Assembly (NCBI GenBank): GCA_977020255.1
Contig: CDROCS010000253.1
Coordinates: forward strand, 4,340,001-4,404,000
DNA length: 64,000 nucleotides
Source: Obrimoposthia wandeli
Taxonomy: Eukaryota
Direction: 5' to 3'
Shown: one piece after another, positions 50,183 through 60,237 of the stretch
Position numbering within the stretch: the first letter of the stretch is position 1
Layout of the letters: each line of letters starts with the position of its first letter
Position numbers and translations under genes: made by a program
The notes under the pieces: model-generated
What the model saw: only the letters and a program-made list of their open reading frames with translations
The model's database searches: none
Told to the model about the DNA's origin: nothing

Positions 50183-51481
50183 ATGTCAGCGCCAAAAGTA
50201 CAGTTATTATTAACCGGTAATGAGTTGATGACCGGCGATATTGTTGACAGTAACTCAGCCATGATGGCACAAGTACTGAAAGACATTGGACTTGGGGTTC
50301 ACCGTAAAGTAACGGTAGCTGATGATTTAGCACTACTTGTTAGTGAAATAACTTACATGGCTAGTACAAGTGATATCTTAATTATCAATGGTGGCTTAGG
50401 GCCAACGGTGGATGATTTAACAGCACAAGCTTTAGCACTTGCCATTGATGCAGAGTTGAGTCAACACCCGCAGGCGCTTACTCATCTAAAAAATTGGTGT
50501 CATCGACGAGGAGCTGAGTTAAACGGCCCCAATCTAAAGCAGGCCATGTTACCTAAAGGCTGCCAAATAATAGCGAACAAGAATGGTAGCGCTGTTGGCT
50601 TTTCAGTACGTTATAACCATTGTGATATTTACTGTACGCCCGGCGTTCCCCATGAGTTAAAAACAATGCTTACAGAGCAAATAATACCGGTTATCTCTGC
50701 AGGTTTACCGAGTGATTTGCTCACTGATGTTACGCGCTTACAGACTTTTGGCCTTGGCGAGTCAAGTTTACAAAAAATAATTAATGAACAACTCCCCGAA
50801 TGGCCAGCAACGATTGAATTGGGCTTTCGCGCGGGTATGCCGCTACTTGAAGTTAAACTAACAACAAATACTAAAAAAGGCTTAGCGCTAAAACCCGTAT
50901 GGAAACAAAAACTAGCCAACGTCCTTGGAGATCATCTAATTGCTGAGATTCAAGAAAAACCCAAATCCCTTGCAGAACACCTTATTAACCAACTACAGCA
51001 GTATAATTTAAAAGTCACCACAGCAGAATCATGTACTGGCGGGTTGATTGCCAGCAAATTAACCGAAGTTAGCGGTTCATCGATGAGCTTTGAAGCGGGT
51101 TTTGTCACCTACAGTAACGCCATGAAAACAGCCATGCTTGATGTCCCCGCTGACTTGTTTGAGCAAAATGGCGCAGTAAGTGAAGCGGTGGTCATTGCCA
51201 TGGCAAAAGGTTCATTAGTAAAATCTAATGCTGATCTTGCCATTGCGGTATCTGGAATCGCTGGTCCCAATGGCGGAACTGAAGAAAAACCGGTAGGTAC
51301 CGTATGGTTTGCGTGGGGCAGTATTGATAACATCAAAACTCAATGTTTACTATTACCTTACAAAAGACATCAATTTCAACAATTTGTAGCAGCGATAGGC
51401 TTAGACTTACTCCGCCGTTATCAGCAAAATATAACGACAATACCAAACTATATAATAGAACGATCCTTTCCTACTCACTGA
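50183..51481 (+). CDS. cinA: CinA-family protein with a C-terminal NMN deamidase (PncC) domain
   Basis: GNELMTGDIVDSNS, GGLGPTVDDLT, PGVPHE, TAESCTGG, SGIAGPNGG..EKPVGTV. Confidence 0.92.
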   Translation: MSAPKVQLLLTGNELMTGDIVDSNSAMMAQVLKDIGLGVHRKVTVADDLALLVSEITYMASTSDILIINGGLGPTVDDLTAQALALAIDAELSQHPQALTHLKNWCHRRGAELNGPNLKQAMLPKGCQIIANKNGSAVGFSVRYNHCDIYCTPGVPHELKTMLTEQIIPVISAGLPSDLLTDVTRLQTFGLGESSLQKIINEQLPEWPATIELGFRAGMPLLEVKLTTNTKKGLALKPVWKQKLANVLGDHLIAEIQEKPKSLAEHLINQLQQYNLKVTTAESCTGGLIASKLTEVSGSSMSFEAGFVTYSNAMKTAMLDVPADLFEQNGAVSEAVVIAMAKGSLVKSNADLAIAVSGIAGPNGGTEEKPVGTVWFAWGSIDNIKTQCLLLPYKRHQFQQFVAAIGLDLLRRYQQNITTIPNYIIERSFPTH

Positions 51482-51637
51482 AGTGTCCATAAGAATAGAC
51501 AAAACATTAACAACTTTATGAGCTAGAATAATAATTTAGGGAGTAACAACCCGCTTAGTCATTGCTTAGTTTAGTAAAAATTTATATATTAAGACTAATA
51601 AAAAATAGAAACAATAGATTAATTTCAGGAGCCTATT

Positions 51638-51964
51638 TTGATAGAAAGAAATTTTATAACCAGTGGCCGCAATACCGTTATTCATAAAGTAAAAAAATTC
51701 GATTTACTTATAGTCAATGGTGACAAGTCCATTGTTATTATTAGCCACCGCGGTATAGGTATATATAAAGGTGAAATACCTACAAAACGCTCCATTGCCA
51801 AGAAAGCTTACCAAGATATTGTTGATATCTCGTCTGCTGAATTATTTGGCGAAGAAAAAACACTCTTGTTTGTGCAGGCACTTGATGGCATCGAATATAA
51901 AATAGATTATTCAAAAGAAGGTACAAGCAGCTTTATTAAAATTCATCAAAATCATTATATGTAA
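51638..51964 (+). CDS. Hypothetical protein
   Basis: 108-aa ORF with TTG start and AGGAG SD 6 nt upstream. Confidence 0.7.
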   Translation: MIERNFITSGRNTVIHKVKKFDLLIVNGDKSIVIISHRGIGIYKGEIPTKRSIAKKAYQDIVDISSAELFGEEKTLLFVQALDGIEYKIDYSKEGTSSFIKIHQNHYM

Positions 51965-52067
51965 CAAAGTCCTTAAACTACATACTCATAATAATAATAA
52001 AATAAAAGAACAACACCTAACCGTTACTTGGCTCAGCAGTACTTAACGGTTAGGGGGAGCCCGCGCA

Positions 52068-53756
52068 ATGACCAAAGTCAGTTTAATCTGTAATAAAAAA
52101 AATAATATAGATTTAGTATTAGAGCCTATAAAAGGTGGTGACACCATCTCTCCCTTGAGTATCAAAGAGCTAATTGACACGTCAGAATATACAAAACTTC
52201 GCATTAGTAACACTAATATTAAAAATGCTATTGCTGAGTTAAATGATGTTTTAAAACCTCTGCAAGATAATAAAATAGGCAGAACAATTCGCTATCAAAT
52301 ACTTGAACGCGTTGATGCAAAAGTTAATATAACAATAGAGCCTGATGAGATGGGCGCTATCGCTGAAATTACTAGCGCTCAAGGTGGTAAACATCTCTCT
52401 GCTAAAGCTATCTTAAGCGCAGCACAAGAGGCTGGCGTAAAAAAAGGCTTTAGTAAAGAGCATTTAATTAAGCTTGCGCAACTTGCCGCAAAACAAGTTC
52501 CCAATAGCAAGGTTAATATGCAAATTGCTTCGGGTAAAATCGCGGTTAATGGCAAAGATGCCCTAATAACACCTTTAGTAGAAAGCGCACAAACAAGAAT
52601 ATTACAACCTAAAAAGCAAGAAGATGGTAGTGTCGATATGCGAGATTTAGGCGATATTATCTGTGTAAAAATAGGCGATCCTATAGCAAAAAAAGTGCCT
52701 TTAACTCAAGGAAAGCAAGGTTATACTGTTACGGCTACCCCATTATCGCCAGAACCCGGTAATGATATTGAACTCGTCGCTGGCGAAGGAACAAATATAA
52801 GTCCGAAAAATACTAACATTCTCGTTTCTGAAAAAGTTGGCTTACCTAAACTCATTAATAATGGTATGGAAGTTGATGAGATTTATCAAATTAAAAATGT
52901 CACCGTTGCCACGGGTAATATTAATTTTACTGGCAGTGTCATTGTTGAAGGCGATGTTACTGAAGGTATGAGGGTGACTGCTTCTGGTGATATTACTGTC
53001 GGTGGTTTTGTTGAATCAGCAACCCTTGAAGCAGGTGGTGACATCACTATTTCTGGTGGTATTATTGGCCGAAAGCATGATATTGAAAAAAAGCATATTA
53101 CCAACATTACCATGAGTGTAAATATCAGTGCAAAAGGAAATATCTATGCAAAATATGGTCAATATGCCCAAATTACTTGTTGCCAAGATGTTCGTATTGA
53201 AAATCAATTAATGCACAGTATTTTAGATATAAGTGGTCGATTATGGTTAGGAAAAAGTGAGCAAGCGAACGGAAAACTGATTGGTGGCTACACCAAAGCA
53301 GGTATTTCAGTCCATGCTGGTATCATTGGTGCAACTGCAGGTAGTAATACCATTATTAATTTTGAGTATAAAATACTCAAGTTTAAAGATGAAATTCACC
53401 AATTGGAAGAGCGACTCAAAGTAGAATCTGATAAAACCAACGAATTAAAAGCAGCTATTAATAAATTAAAGAAATTACCAAAAGAAAAAGCAAAGCCAGA
53501 ATTATTAGCTAAGATAGTACCAGCCTATCAATATCATGCTAATAAAATGGGTGAAATACTCAACGAAAAAGTAACCCTAGAAGACAACCTGCAAGAATAC
53601 ATAACCAGTGTTTATGTTGAAGCAACAGAGAAAATTTATCATGGCGTAGAACTCATTATCGGAGACTTTAATGATAGATCTCGCCGTGAATATGGGCCAA
53701 GTAAAATGATATATCGAGATCGGAAAATACTGATTGACCCAATAGTGAACACCTAA
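52068..53756 (+). CDS. DUF342 / FapA family protein
   Basis: G.VDMRDLG, V.VATGNINFTGSVIVEGDV..GM.V.ASGDITV, coiled coil near the C terminus. Confidence 0.85.
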   Translation: MTKVSLICNKKNNIDLVLEPIKGGDTISPLSIKELIDTSEYTKLRISNTNIKNAIAELNDVLKPLQDNKIGRTIRYQILERVDAKVNITIEPDEMGAIAEITSAQGGKHLSAKAILSAAQEAGVKKGFSKEHLIKLAQLAAKQVPNSKVNMQIASGKIAVNGKDALITPLVESAQTRILQPKKQEDGSVDMRDLGDIICVKIGDPIAKKVPLTQGKQGYTVTATPLSPEPGNDIELVAGEGTNISPKNTNILVSEKVGLPKLINNGMEVDEIYQIKNVTVATGNINFTGSVIVEGDVTEGMRVTASGDITVGGFVESATLEAGGDITISGGIIGRKHDIEKKHITNITMSVNISAKGNIYAKYGQYAQITCCQDVRIENQLMHSILDISGRLWLGKSEQANGKLIGGYTKAGISVHAGIIGATAGSNTIINFEYKILKFKDEIHQLEERLKVESDKTNELKAAINKLKKLPKEKAKPELLAKIVPAYQYHANKMGEILNEKVTLEDNLQEYITSVYVEATEKIYHGVELIIGDFNDRSRREYGPSKMIYRDRKILIDPIVNT

Positions 53757-53761
53757 CAGTA

Positions 53762-54562
53762 ATGACTAAAAAAATAGTACTTAAATCCAGTTTATTCGCG
53801 CTAGCACTTATGCCTTTTTACCAGCAAGCATACGCTCAACAATGTTCTATCAACCTTAATTATGGGGTCATTATTGACCCTAAGCACATTAGGATTGTCG
53901 ACAAAGGTAAAACCCACATACAAATAAATAATACCAAGCAACTTTTTATTAGAGGAAGGGAAATATATTTATCTAACGAGCAACAACAATTACTGAGCAG
54001 TTTTAGTGTTGGCATTCGCAAGCAAGTCCCTGAAATTGTATCTATTGCTATTGAAGGTGTTGATATTGGATTAAAAGCAGTTAACGAAGTAGTTGCTGGT
54101 TTAACAGGTGAAAATAGCGCTTCACAACAAAAAGTACAAGCCAAGTTTGATGAACTAAAATGGCGGATACGTACTCGCTTTAATCAGAGTGCTAATAATT
54201 ATTATATCGCCCCCCAAGACTTAAATGACTTTGATGAAATGTTTACCGGGGAATTTGAACAAGAAATTGAAGCGATAATTTCAACGTCTATCGGTACAAT
54301 ATTAGAAGCAGTTGGCCAATCAATTTTAGCAAATGATACCAGCAGTGAATACGGTGGTGAAACACGTATAACCACTTTTGATAAACAATTAACAACACTC
54401 AGTAAAGGTTTAGAGTTAGAGGTAGCAGACAGAGCTAAAGCATTAGATAAAAAAGCAGGCATTTTTTGTCAGCAACTGACTCATTTAGATGAACTAGAAG
54501 CAGAACTTCATCAGGCCATACCGGCATTAAAAGATTATAACCTTATCGAAACATCAAACTAG
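53762..54562 (+). CDS. DUF2884 (YggN-like) exported protein
   Basis: Signal peptide, C.INLNYGVII, LFIRGREI.L..EQQ.LL, R..VP. Confidence 0.75.
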   Translation: MTKKIVLKSSLFALALMPFYQQAYAQQCSINLNYGVIIDPKHIRIVDKGKTHIQINNTKQLFIRGREIYLSNEQQQLLSSFSVGIRKQVPEIVSIAIEGVDIGLKAVNEVVAGLTGENSASQQKVQAKFDELKWRIRTRFNQSANNYYIAPQDLNDFDEMFTGEFEQEIEAIISTSIGTILEAVGQSILANDTSSEYGGETRITTFDKQLTTLSKGLELEVADRAKALDKKAGIFCQQLTHLDELEAELHQAIPALKDYNLIETSN

Positions 54563-54650
54563 CCATATCCCTTCATATCGGTACATTATAACTAACCTAG
54601 CGATTAATTATGAGCTATAACATATCTAATTTATAATCGTCCAATAAGTA

Positions 54651-54688
54651 AAAAACCCAAGATATTTATTAAAGTATCTTGGGTTTTT
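54651..54688. terminator. Bidirectional terminator
   Basis: AAAAACCCAAGATA..TATCTTGGGTTTTT. Confidence 0.85.
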
Positions 54689-54717
54689 ACATACGACAAT
54701 ATATTAATTAGCACATA

Positions 54718-56379
54718 TTACATATTCGGGTAGTTTGGCCCACCAGTGCCTTCAGGGGTAACCCAGGTAATATTCTGACTTGGGTCTTTAATGTCACACG
54801 TTTTGCAGTGAATACAGTTTTGCGCATTAATAACAAACTTATCGCCCTGCTCCGTTTTTTCAACCTCATACACGCCAGCAGGGCAATAAAGTCTTGCCGG
54901 CTCACCATATTTAACTAAGTTGACTTTAATTGGAATATCGGCATCTTTAAGTTTTAAATGACAAGGTTGCTCTTCTTCATGGTTGGTATTTGATAGAAAT
55001 ACTGAAGAGAGTTTATCAAAACTTAATTTATTATCAGGCTTGCTATAATTAATAACTGGCATATCAGCAGCAGGCTTTAATTGAGCATAATCTACGCTAT
55101 CATCTTTAAAGTTAAACGGTAATTTACCAGCAAAAAAGTTTTGGTCTAAGGTGTTGTAAGCGCCACCTAACATGGTGCCAAACTTATGCATAGCTGGACC
55201 AAAGTTACGGGTACTGTATAACTCTTCATATAACCAAGAGTCTTTGTAAAGTTGCGTAAATTGAGTTAAATCTTGCTTACCTTCTTCTGCGATAGCTTCA
55301 CTACCAATTAATGCTTGGGCGATAGCTTCAGCGGCGATCATACCCGATTTCATTGCAGTATGATTACCTTTAATTTTCGCAAAGTTAATGGTACCTGCAT
55401 CACAGCCTACTAATAATGCGCCTGGCATGGTCATTTTAGGTAAAGAATTAAAGCCACCTTTAGCCATAGCGCGGGCGCCATAAGAAACTCGTTTACCACC
55501 TTCAAGGTACTGGCTAATTTTAGGATGATGCTTATAACGTTGAAACTCATCAAATGGACTTAAATGCGGATTGCTATAACTTAAATCGATAATTAAACCA
55601 ACAAACACTTGGTTATTTTCCGCATGATAAAGATAACCACCACCATTAGTATTTTTATCTAATGGCCAACCTGCTGTATGTACAACAAGTCCTGGCTGAT
55701 GTTTTGCTGGATCAATATCCCAAATTTCTTTAAAACCTAATCCGTAATGTTGTGGAGAACTTTGCTCATCAAGTTTGAATTTTTCTATTAATTCTTTGCC
55801 TAAATGACCTCGACAACCTTCAGCAAAAACGGTGTATTTAGCGCGCAATTCCATACCAGGCATAAATGAATCTTTTTCTTTGCCCTCAGCATCTAAGCCC
55901 ATATCGCCGGTAATAACACCACCTACACTACCATCGTCATTATAAATAACACTTTGCGCTGGGAATCCTGGAAAAATTTCCACACCTAGCTGCTCAGCTT
56001 GTTCAGCTAACCAACGACAAACATTGCCCATACTAACAATGTAATTACCGTCATTGTGCATAGTTTTTGGTACAGAAAAATTAGGTAATTTAATGCCTGA
56101 ATTTTCATTATTCAACAGGTAAATATCGTCGCCAGTCACTTTGGTGGTCAACGGCGCATTTCGTTCTTGCCAATCAGGAAATAATTCATTCAACGATCTT
56201 GGTTCAAAAACAGCACCGGAAAGAATATGGGCGCCGACTTCAGAGCCCTTTTCAACAACACAAACCATTAATTCTTGCTGTTTTTCTTGTGCTAGTTGCA
56301 TTAATCGACAAGCAGTTGATAAACCTGCAGGGCCAGCGCCAACAATAACTACGTCAAATTCCATCGATTCGCGTTCCAT
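54718..56379 (-). CDS. Electron transfer flavoprotein-ubiquinone oxidoreductase
   Basis: MERESMEFDVVIVGAGPAGL, GAHILSGA, YCPAGVYE, CIHCKTCDIKDP; SD GGAG before ATG 56379. Confidence 0.96.
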   Translation of the reverse strand: MERESMEFDVVIVGAGPAGLSTACRLMQLAQEKQQELMVCVVEKGSEVGAHILSGAVFEPRSLNELFPDWQERNAPLTTKVTGDDIYLLNNENSGIKLPNFSVPKTMHNDGNYIVSMGNVCRWLAEQAEQLGVEIFPGFPAQSVIYNDDGSVGGVITGDMGLDAEGKEKDSFMPGMELRAKYTVFAEGCRGHLGKELIEKFKLDEQSSPQHYGLGFKEIWDIDPAKHQPGLVVHTAGWPLDKNTNGGGYLYHAENNQVFVGLIIDLSYSNPHLSPFDEFQRYKHHPKISQYLEGGKRVSYGARAMAKGGFNSLPKMTMPGALLVGCDAGTINFAKIKGNHTAMKSGMIAAEAIAQALIGSEAIAEEGKQDLTQFTQLYKDSWLYEELYSTRNFGPAMHKFGTMLGGAYNTLDQNFFAGKLPFNFKDDSVDYAQLKPAADMPVINYSKPDNKLSFDKLSSVFLSNTNHEEEQPCHLKLKDADIPIKVNLVKYGEPARLYCPAGVYEVEKTEQGDKFVINAQNCIHCKTCDIKDPSQNITWVTPEGTGGPNYPNM

Positions 56380-56421
56380 AAGATCTCCCAGTATTATTAT
56401 ACTTATATTTTTCGCTAAAAT

Positions 56422-56456
56422 TAAAACATGCGTTTGATATTCAAACAAGTGTTTGA
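56422..56456. promoter_or_regulatory. Tandem PsrA-like operator sites
   Basis: TAAAACATGCGTTTGA (56422-56437) and TCAAACAAGTGTTTGA (56441-56456) match the CAAAC-N-GTTTG palindrome. Confidence 0.65.
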
Positions 56457-56545
56457 TAGTATCTTATAACAGATGCCCAAGCAAGGCACTGTTATAAGCA
56501 TTTCGTTAGATTGTATCTTAGTTTAAAAGTTTTCACCAAGATTAC

Positions 56546-56575
56546 GTTGACGTTGACGTAAAGCAAGGGTATCTT
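56546..56575 (+). promoter_or_regulatory. etfBA promoter overlapped by a LiuR-like operator
   Basis: TTGACG-17 nt-TATCTT; GTTGACGTTGACGTAAAG (56546-56563) resembles the LiuR palindrome. Confidence 0.65.
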
Positions 56576-56623
56576 TTAACTATTATTTATTTTGTAAATT
56601 AACAAACCTTTTCAGAGGCTACG

Positions 56624-57376
56624 ATGAAAGTATTAGTTCCGATAAAACGTGTTATTGACTATAACGTCAAAGTTCGGGTAAAACCCGATCAATCAAATGT
56701 AGATCTTGCCAATACAAAAATGGCTATAAACCCCTTTTGTGAAATTGCCGTTGAAGAAGCTGTTCGTTTAAAAGAAGCAGGTATAGCAACAGAAGTCATT
56801 GCAATTTCTATCGGTGAGAAGTCTTGCCAAGAACAATTACGTACCGCATTAGCTTTAGGTGCAGATCGCGCCATACAAATTGAAACTAGTGAAAGCTTAG
56901 ACGCATTAAATATTGCTAAATTACTACAAAAAATTGTTGAAGAAGAGCAACCACAACTGGTTATTTTAGGTAAGCAGTCTATTGATAGTGATAACAACCA
57001 AACAGGTCAAATGCTTGCTGCATTAACAGGCATGCCACAAGGTACTTTCGCTTCTGTTGTAAAAATTGAAGGCGAAAAAGTTAATGTTACCCGTGAAGTA
57101 GATGGCGGCTTACAAACAGTTGCGCTTAATTTACCCGCTATTGTGACCACAGATTTACGTTTGAATGAACCTCGCTACGCCTCATTACCAAATATTATGA
57201 AAGCTAAGCGTAAGCCATTAGTCGTAAAATTAGCGGCAGATTTTGGCATTGATTTAACAGCTCGTACTAAGTTATTAAAAGTTACTCCGCCAGCACAGCG
57301 CCAAGCAGGTATTGTAGTAGCAAGTATTGATGAATTAGTTGAAAAATTAAAGAATGAAGCCAAGGTGATCTCATGA
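56624..57376 (+). CDS. etfB: Electron transfer flavoprotein beta subunit
   Basis: [42 protein letters not shown]. Confidence 0.97.
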   Translation: MKVLVPIKRVIDYNVKVRVKPDQSNVDLANTKMAINPFCEIAVEEAVRLKEAGIATEVIAISIGEKSCQEQLRTALALGADRAIQIETSESLDALNIAKLLQKIVEEEQPQLVILGKQSIDSDNNQTGQMLAALTGMPQGTFASVVKIEGEKVNVTREVDGGLQTVALNLPAIVTTDLRLNEPRYASLPNIMKAKRKPLVVKLAADFGIDLTARTKLLKVTPPAQRQAGIVVASIDELVEKLKNEAKVIS

Positions 57377-58299
57377 GTATTTTAGTAATTGCTGAACACG
57401 ACAACAGCTCGTTAAAAGCTGAGACCCTTAAAACAGTTGGCGCAGCGCAAAAAATTGGTGGTGATATAACATTATTAGTGGCTGGCTTTAATTGTCAAAA
57501 TGTTGTTGAAGCTGCATCAAAAGTAAATGGCGTAAGCAAAGTATTAGTTTGTGATAATGCCGCTTATGAACATCAGCTTGCTGAAAACATCAGTTTATTA
57601 GTCACTGAATTAGCAAGCGATTATGAACATATCTTAGCAACGGCGCTAACTACCGGCAAAAACTTTATGCCTAGAGTTGCTGCCTTATTAGATGTGTCTC
57701 AAATTTCTGACATTATAGATGTTGAAAGTAGTGATACCTTTGTTAGACCTATCTACGCAGGTAACGCTATTGCGACCGTACAAAGCTTAGATAACAAAAA
57801 GGTCATCACCGTACGTACGACTGGCTTTGATGCCGTTGCTACAGATGGCAGCGCTGAGATAGTTAACCTTGACACAGTAACCGATGCTGGTATTTCAAGT
57901 CATGTAAGTGACGTATTGACAGTATCTGAACGACCAGACTTAGGCGCAGCAAGCGTTATTATTTCTGGTGGTCGTGGCATGCAAAATGGCGATAACTTTA
58001 AGCTACTTGACGGAATTGCCGACAAACTAGGCGCAGCAATTGGCGCTTCACGTGCTGCTGTTGATGCTGGCTTTGTTCCTAATGATATGCAAGTTGGTCA
58101 AACAGGTAAGATTGTTGCACCCGATTTATATATTGCGGTAGGTATTAGTGGCGCTATTCAGCATTTAGCTGGTATGAAAGATTCAAAAGTGATTGTGGCT
58201 ATCAACAAAGACCCTGAAGCACCAATCTTCCAAGTCGCCGATTATGGTATTGTGGCTGACTTATTTGATGCGTTACCAGAGTTAGAAAGCAAGTTATAA
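57373..58299 (+). CDS. etfA: Electron transfer flavoprotein alpha subunit
   Basis: [38 protein letters not shown]; ATGA overlap with etfB. Confidence 0.97.
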   Translation: MSILVIAEHDNSSLKAETLKTVGAAQKIGGDITLLVAGFNCQNVVEAASKVNGVSKVLVCDNAAYEHQLAENISLLVTELASDYEHILATALTTGKNFMPRVAALLDVSQISDIIDVESSDTFVRPIYAGNAIATVQSLDNKKVITVRTTGFDAVATDGSAEIVNLDTVTDAGISSHVSDVLTVSERPDLGAASVIISGGRGMQNGDNFKLLDGIADKLGAAIGASRAAVDAGFVPNDMQVGQTGKIVAPDLYIAVGISGAIQHLAGMKDSKVIVAINKDPEAPIFQVADYGIVADLFDALPELESKL

Positions 58300-58363
58300 G
58301 TAAAATATTTGCAATAACTTCAAGCTAACAGCAGTGTTACGCTTAGTTTAATATTGCTATAAT

Positions 58364-58414
58364 AAAACCACGTGAGCGAGTAATTAAATTTATTCATTAA
58401 CGTGGTTTTTTTTT
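58364..58414 (+). terminator. Terminator after etfA
   Basis: AAAACCACGT..ACGTGGTTTT followed by further T residues. Confidence 0.7.
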
Positions 58415-58508
58415 GCATTATTTTTGTTCGTTTTATCGTGTTAACTTTTAACGATAGTAATTAACGATACTTAATTAATGGTAAGTATTTAATAGTAATA
58501 GGTGTTTT

Positions 58509-58907
58509 ATGAAAAATAGTTTGTCTAGTTTAAGTGATTTAGCCAGTGCTTTTGGTAAAGCCCCTGTCGAACTTGAGAAAACAGCACCCACAAGTGATGA
58601 CTCTCTCGTTTATTCAACTGACAGTGGTCGCATTAACCAACAAAAAGAAAAAAGTATTACACCCAGTGATGGTTTTGCCAGGGTCCGACGTGAAACCAAA
58701 GGACGAAAAGGTAAAGGTGTTGTTGTTATCAGTGGCCTAGGGCTAGATAATAAAGCACTTAAAGAGTTAGCAAAAAAACTTAAAAAAACCTGTGGCAGCG
58801 GCGGCTCTGTTGTTGATGAAACTATCGAAGTCCAAGGCGATAAACGAGAAGTTATACAACAGGTACTAGAAAAGGCTGGCTTTAAAGTTAAGTTTACCGG
58901 CGGTTAA
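58509..58907 (+). CDS. yciH: SUI1-family translation factor YciH
   Basis: LVYSTDSGRI, RETKGRKGKGV, LKKTCGSGG, IEVQGD. Confidence 0.93.
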   Translation: MKNSLSSLSDLASAFGKAPVELEKTAPTSDDSLVYSTDSGRINQQKEKSITPSDGFARVRRETKGRKGKGVVVISGLGLDNKALKELAKKLKKTCGSGGSVVDETIEVQGDKREVIQQVLEKAGFKVKFTGG

Positions 58908-58989
58908 CCCTCTACTCAAGTTAAGCCTTTTACTATATTATGGGCTATATGTGAATTAGATAGTGAACTACATACGAGCTATACCTGCA

Positions 58990-59595
58990 CTAAATATGAT
59001 AGCTTTTTCTGCCAGATAAGGCATGTGATAGCGTATTTCCATCTACATATTCTAACTCCCCACCGACAGGGACGCCATGGGCAATTCTTGAGATATTAAC
59101 TTGATGTTGCTGAGCAAGTTCGGCAATAAAATGTGCTGTAGCTTCGCCTTCTACTGTCGGATTAGTTGCCAAAATGACCTCACTAAACTGACCCGTAACA
59201 AATTGCTTAGCTAATACATCTAAGCCTAAATCATCAGGTCCTATTCCATCAATTGGCGACAAATGGCCCATTAAAACAAAATATCGACCAGAAAACTCAC
59301 CTGTTTGTTCAATAGCAATAACATCACCTGGCGTTTCTACGATACACAATGTAGTGGCTATTTTCCGTTTAGGCGATTGACATATTTCACATAAAGCTTC
59401 TTCAGTAAAATTTCTGCACTGTTGGCAATGGCCAATATCCGTCATGGCTTTTGCTAAGGTATTGGCAAGTTTACTACCACCCCGCCGGTTACGTTCAAGC
59501 AGCTGAAATGCCATACGTTGTGCTGACTTTGCGCCAACGCCGGGTAAACACTTTAATGAATCAATTAACTCTTGAACAAGGGGACTAAATTTCAT
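58990..59595 (-). CDS. recR: Recombination mediator RecR
   Basis: LPGVG.KSAQR, CQQC..C.IC zinc finger, [28 protein letters not shown]; start set at MKFSP (59595). Confidence 0.96.
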   Translation of the reverse strand: MKFSPLVQELIDSLKCLPGVGAKSAQRMAFQLLERNRRGGSKLANTLAKAMTDIGHCQQCRNFTEEALCEICQSPKRKIATTLCIVETPGDVIAIEQTGEFSGRYFVLMGHLSPIDGIGPDDLGLDVLAKQFVTGQFSEVILATNPTVEGEATAHFIAELAQQHQVNISRIAHGVPVGGELEYVDGNTLSHALSGRKSYHI

Positions 59596-59692
59596 AAGTA
59601 ACCGCTTAATTTTATATTTTAATAAGTAAATCTGAAAATTGTTAGTGAAAATAAACAATAATTAATCCGTTTGCTATAAAACGATTATAGAA

Positions 59693-59727
59693 ACAAAAAA
59701 GCTCAAGAGTTTCTTGAGCTTTTTTGT
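59693..59727. terminator. 16-bp hairpin between ybaB and recR
   Basis: ACAAAAAAGCTCAAGA-GTT-TCTTGAGCTTTTTTGT. Confidence 0.75.
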
Positions 59728-59753
59728 TGTGACATACCGCCTTAAAAAACAGC

Positions 59754-60080
59754 TTAGAACGGCATTTTCATCCCTGGTGGTAATTGCATACCGCCAGTCA
59801 GTGCGCCCATTTTATCTTTATTTTGTTCTTCAACACGACGTACAGCATCATTTACCGCTGCAGCAAGTAAGTCTTCAATCATATCTTTATCATCGTCCAT
59901 TAAGCTTTCATCAAGCTCAACACGACGAACACTATGACTACCTGTCATAGTTACTTTCACCATACCTGCGCCTGCTTCGCCCACAACTTCCATATGCGCT
60001 AATTCTTCTTGCGCTTTAGCCATTTTTGCCTGCATTTGTTGGGCTTGTTTCATTAAGTTGCCCATTCCGCCTTTCATCAT
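59754..60080 (-). CDS. ybaB: Nucleoid-associated protein YbaB/EbfC
   Basis: [40 protein letters not shown]; SD GGAG. Confidence 0.96.
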   Translation of the reverse strand: MMKGGMGNLMKQAQQMQAKMAKAQEELAHMEVVGEAGAGMVKVTMTGSHSVRRVELDESLMDDDKDMIEDLLAAAVNDAVRRVEEQNKDKMGALTGGMQLPPGMKMPF

Positions 60081-60237
60081 GATATTCTCCAATATTTCTA
60101 AGTTGACCGTGTATAAATTATATTTAAGTTCTCAATGTAAGTATTTTACCTGAAATACAGCCAGTTTTGAACGTAAATGCAATGAATTTATTCTGATAGA
60201 GTCTGATTACCTAATACCTATACCGCCTCTGTATAAC

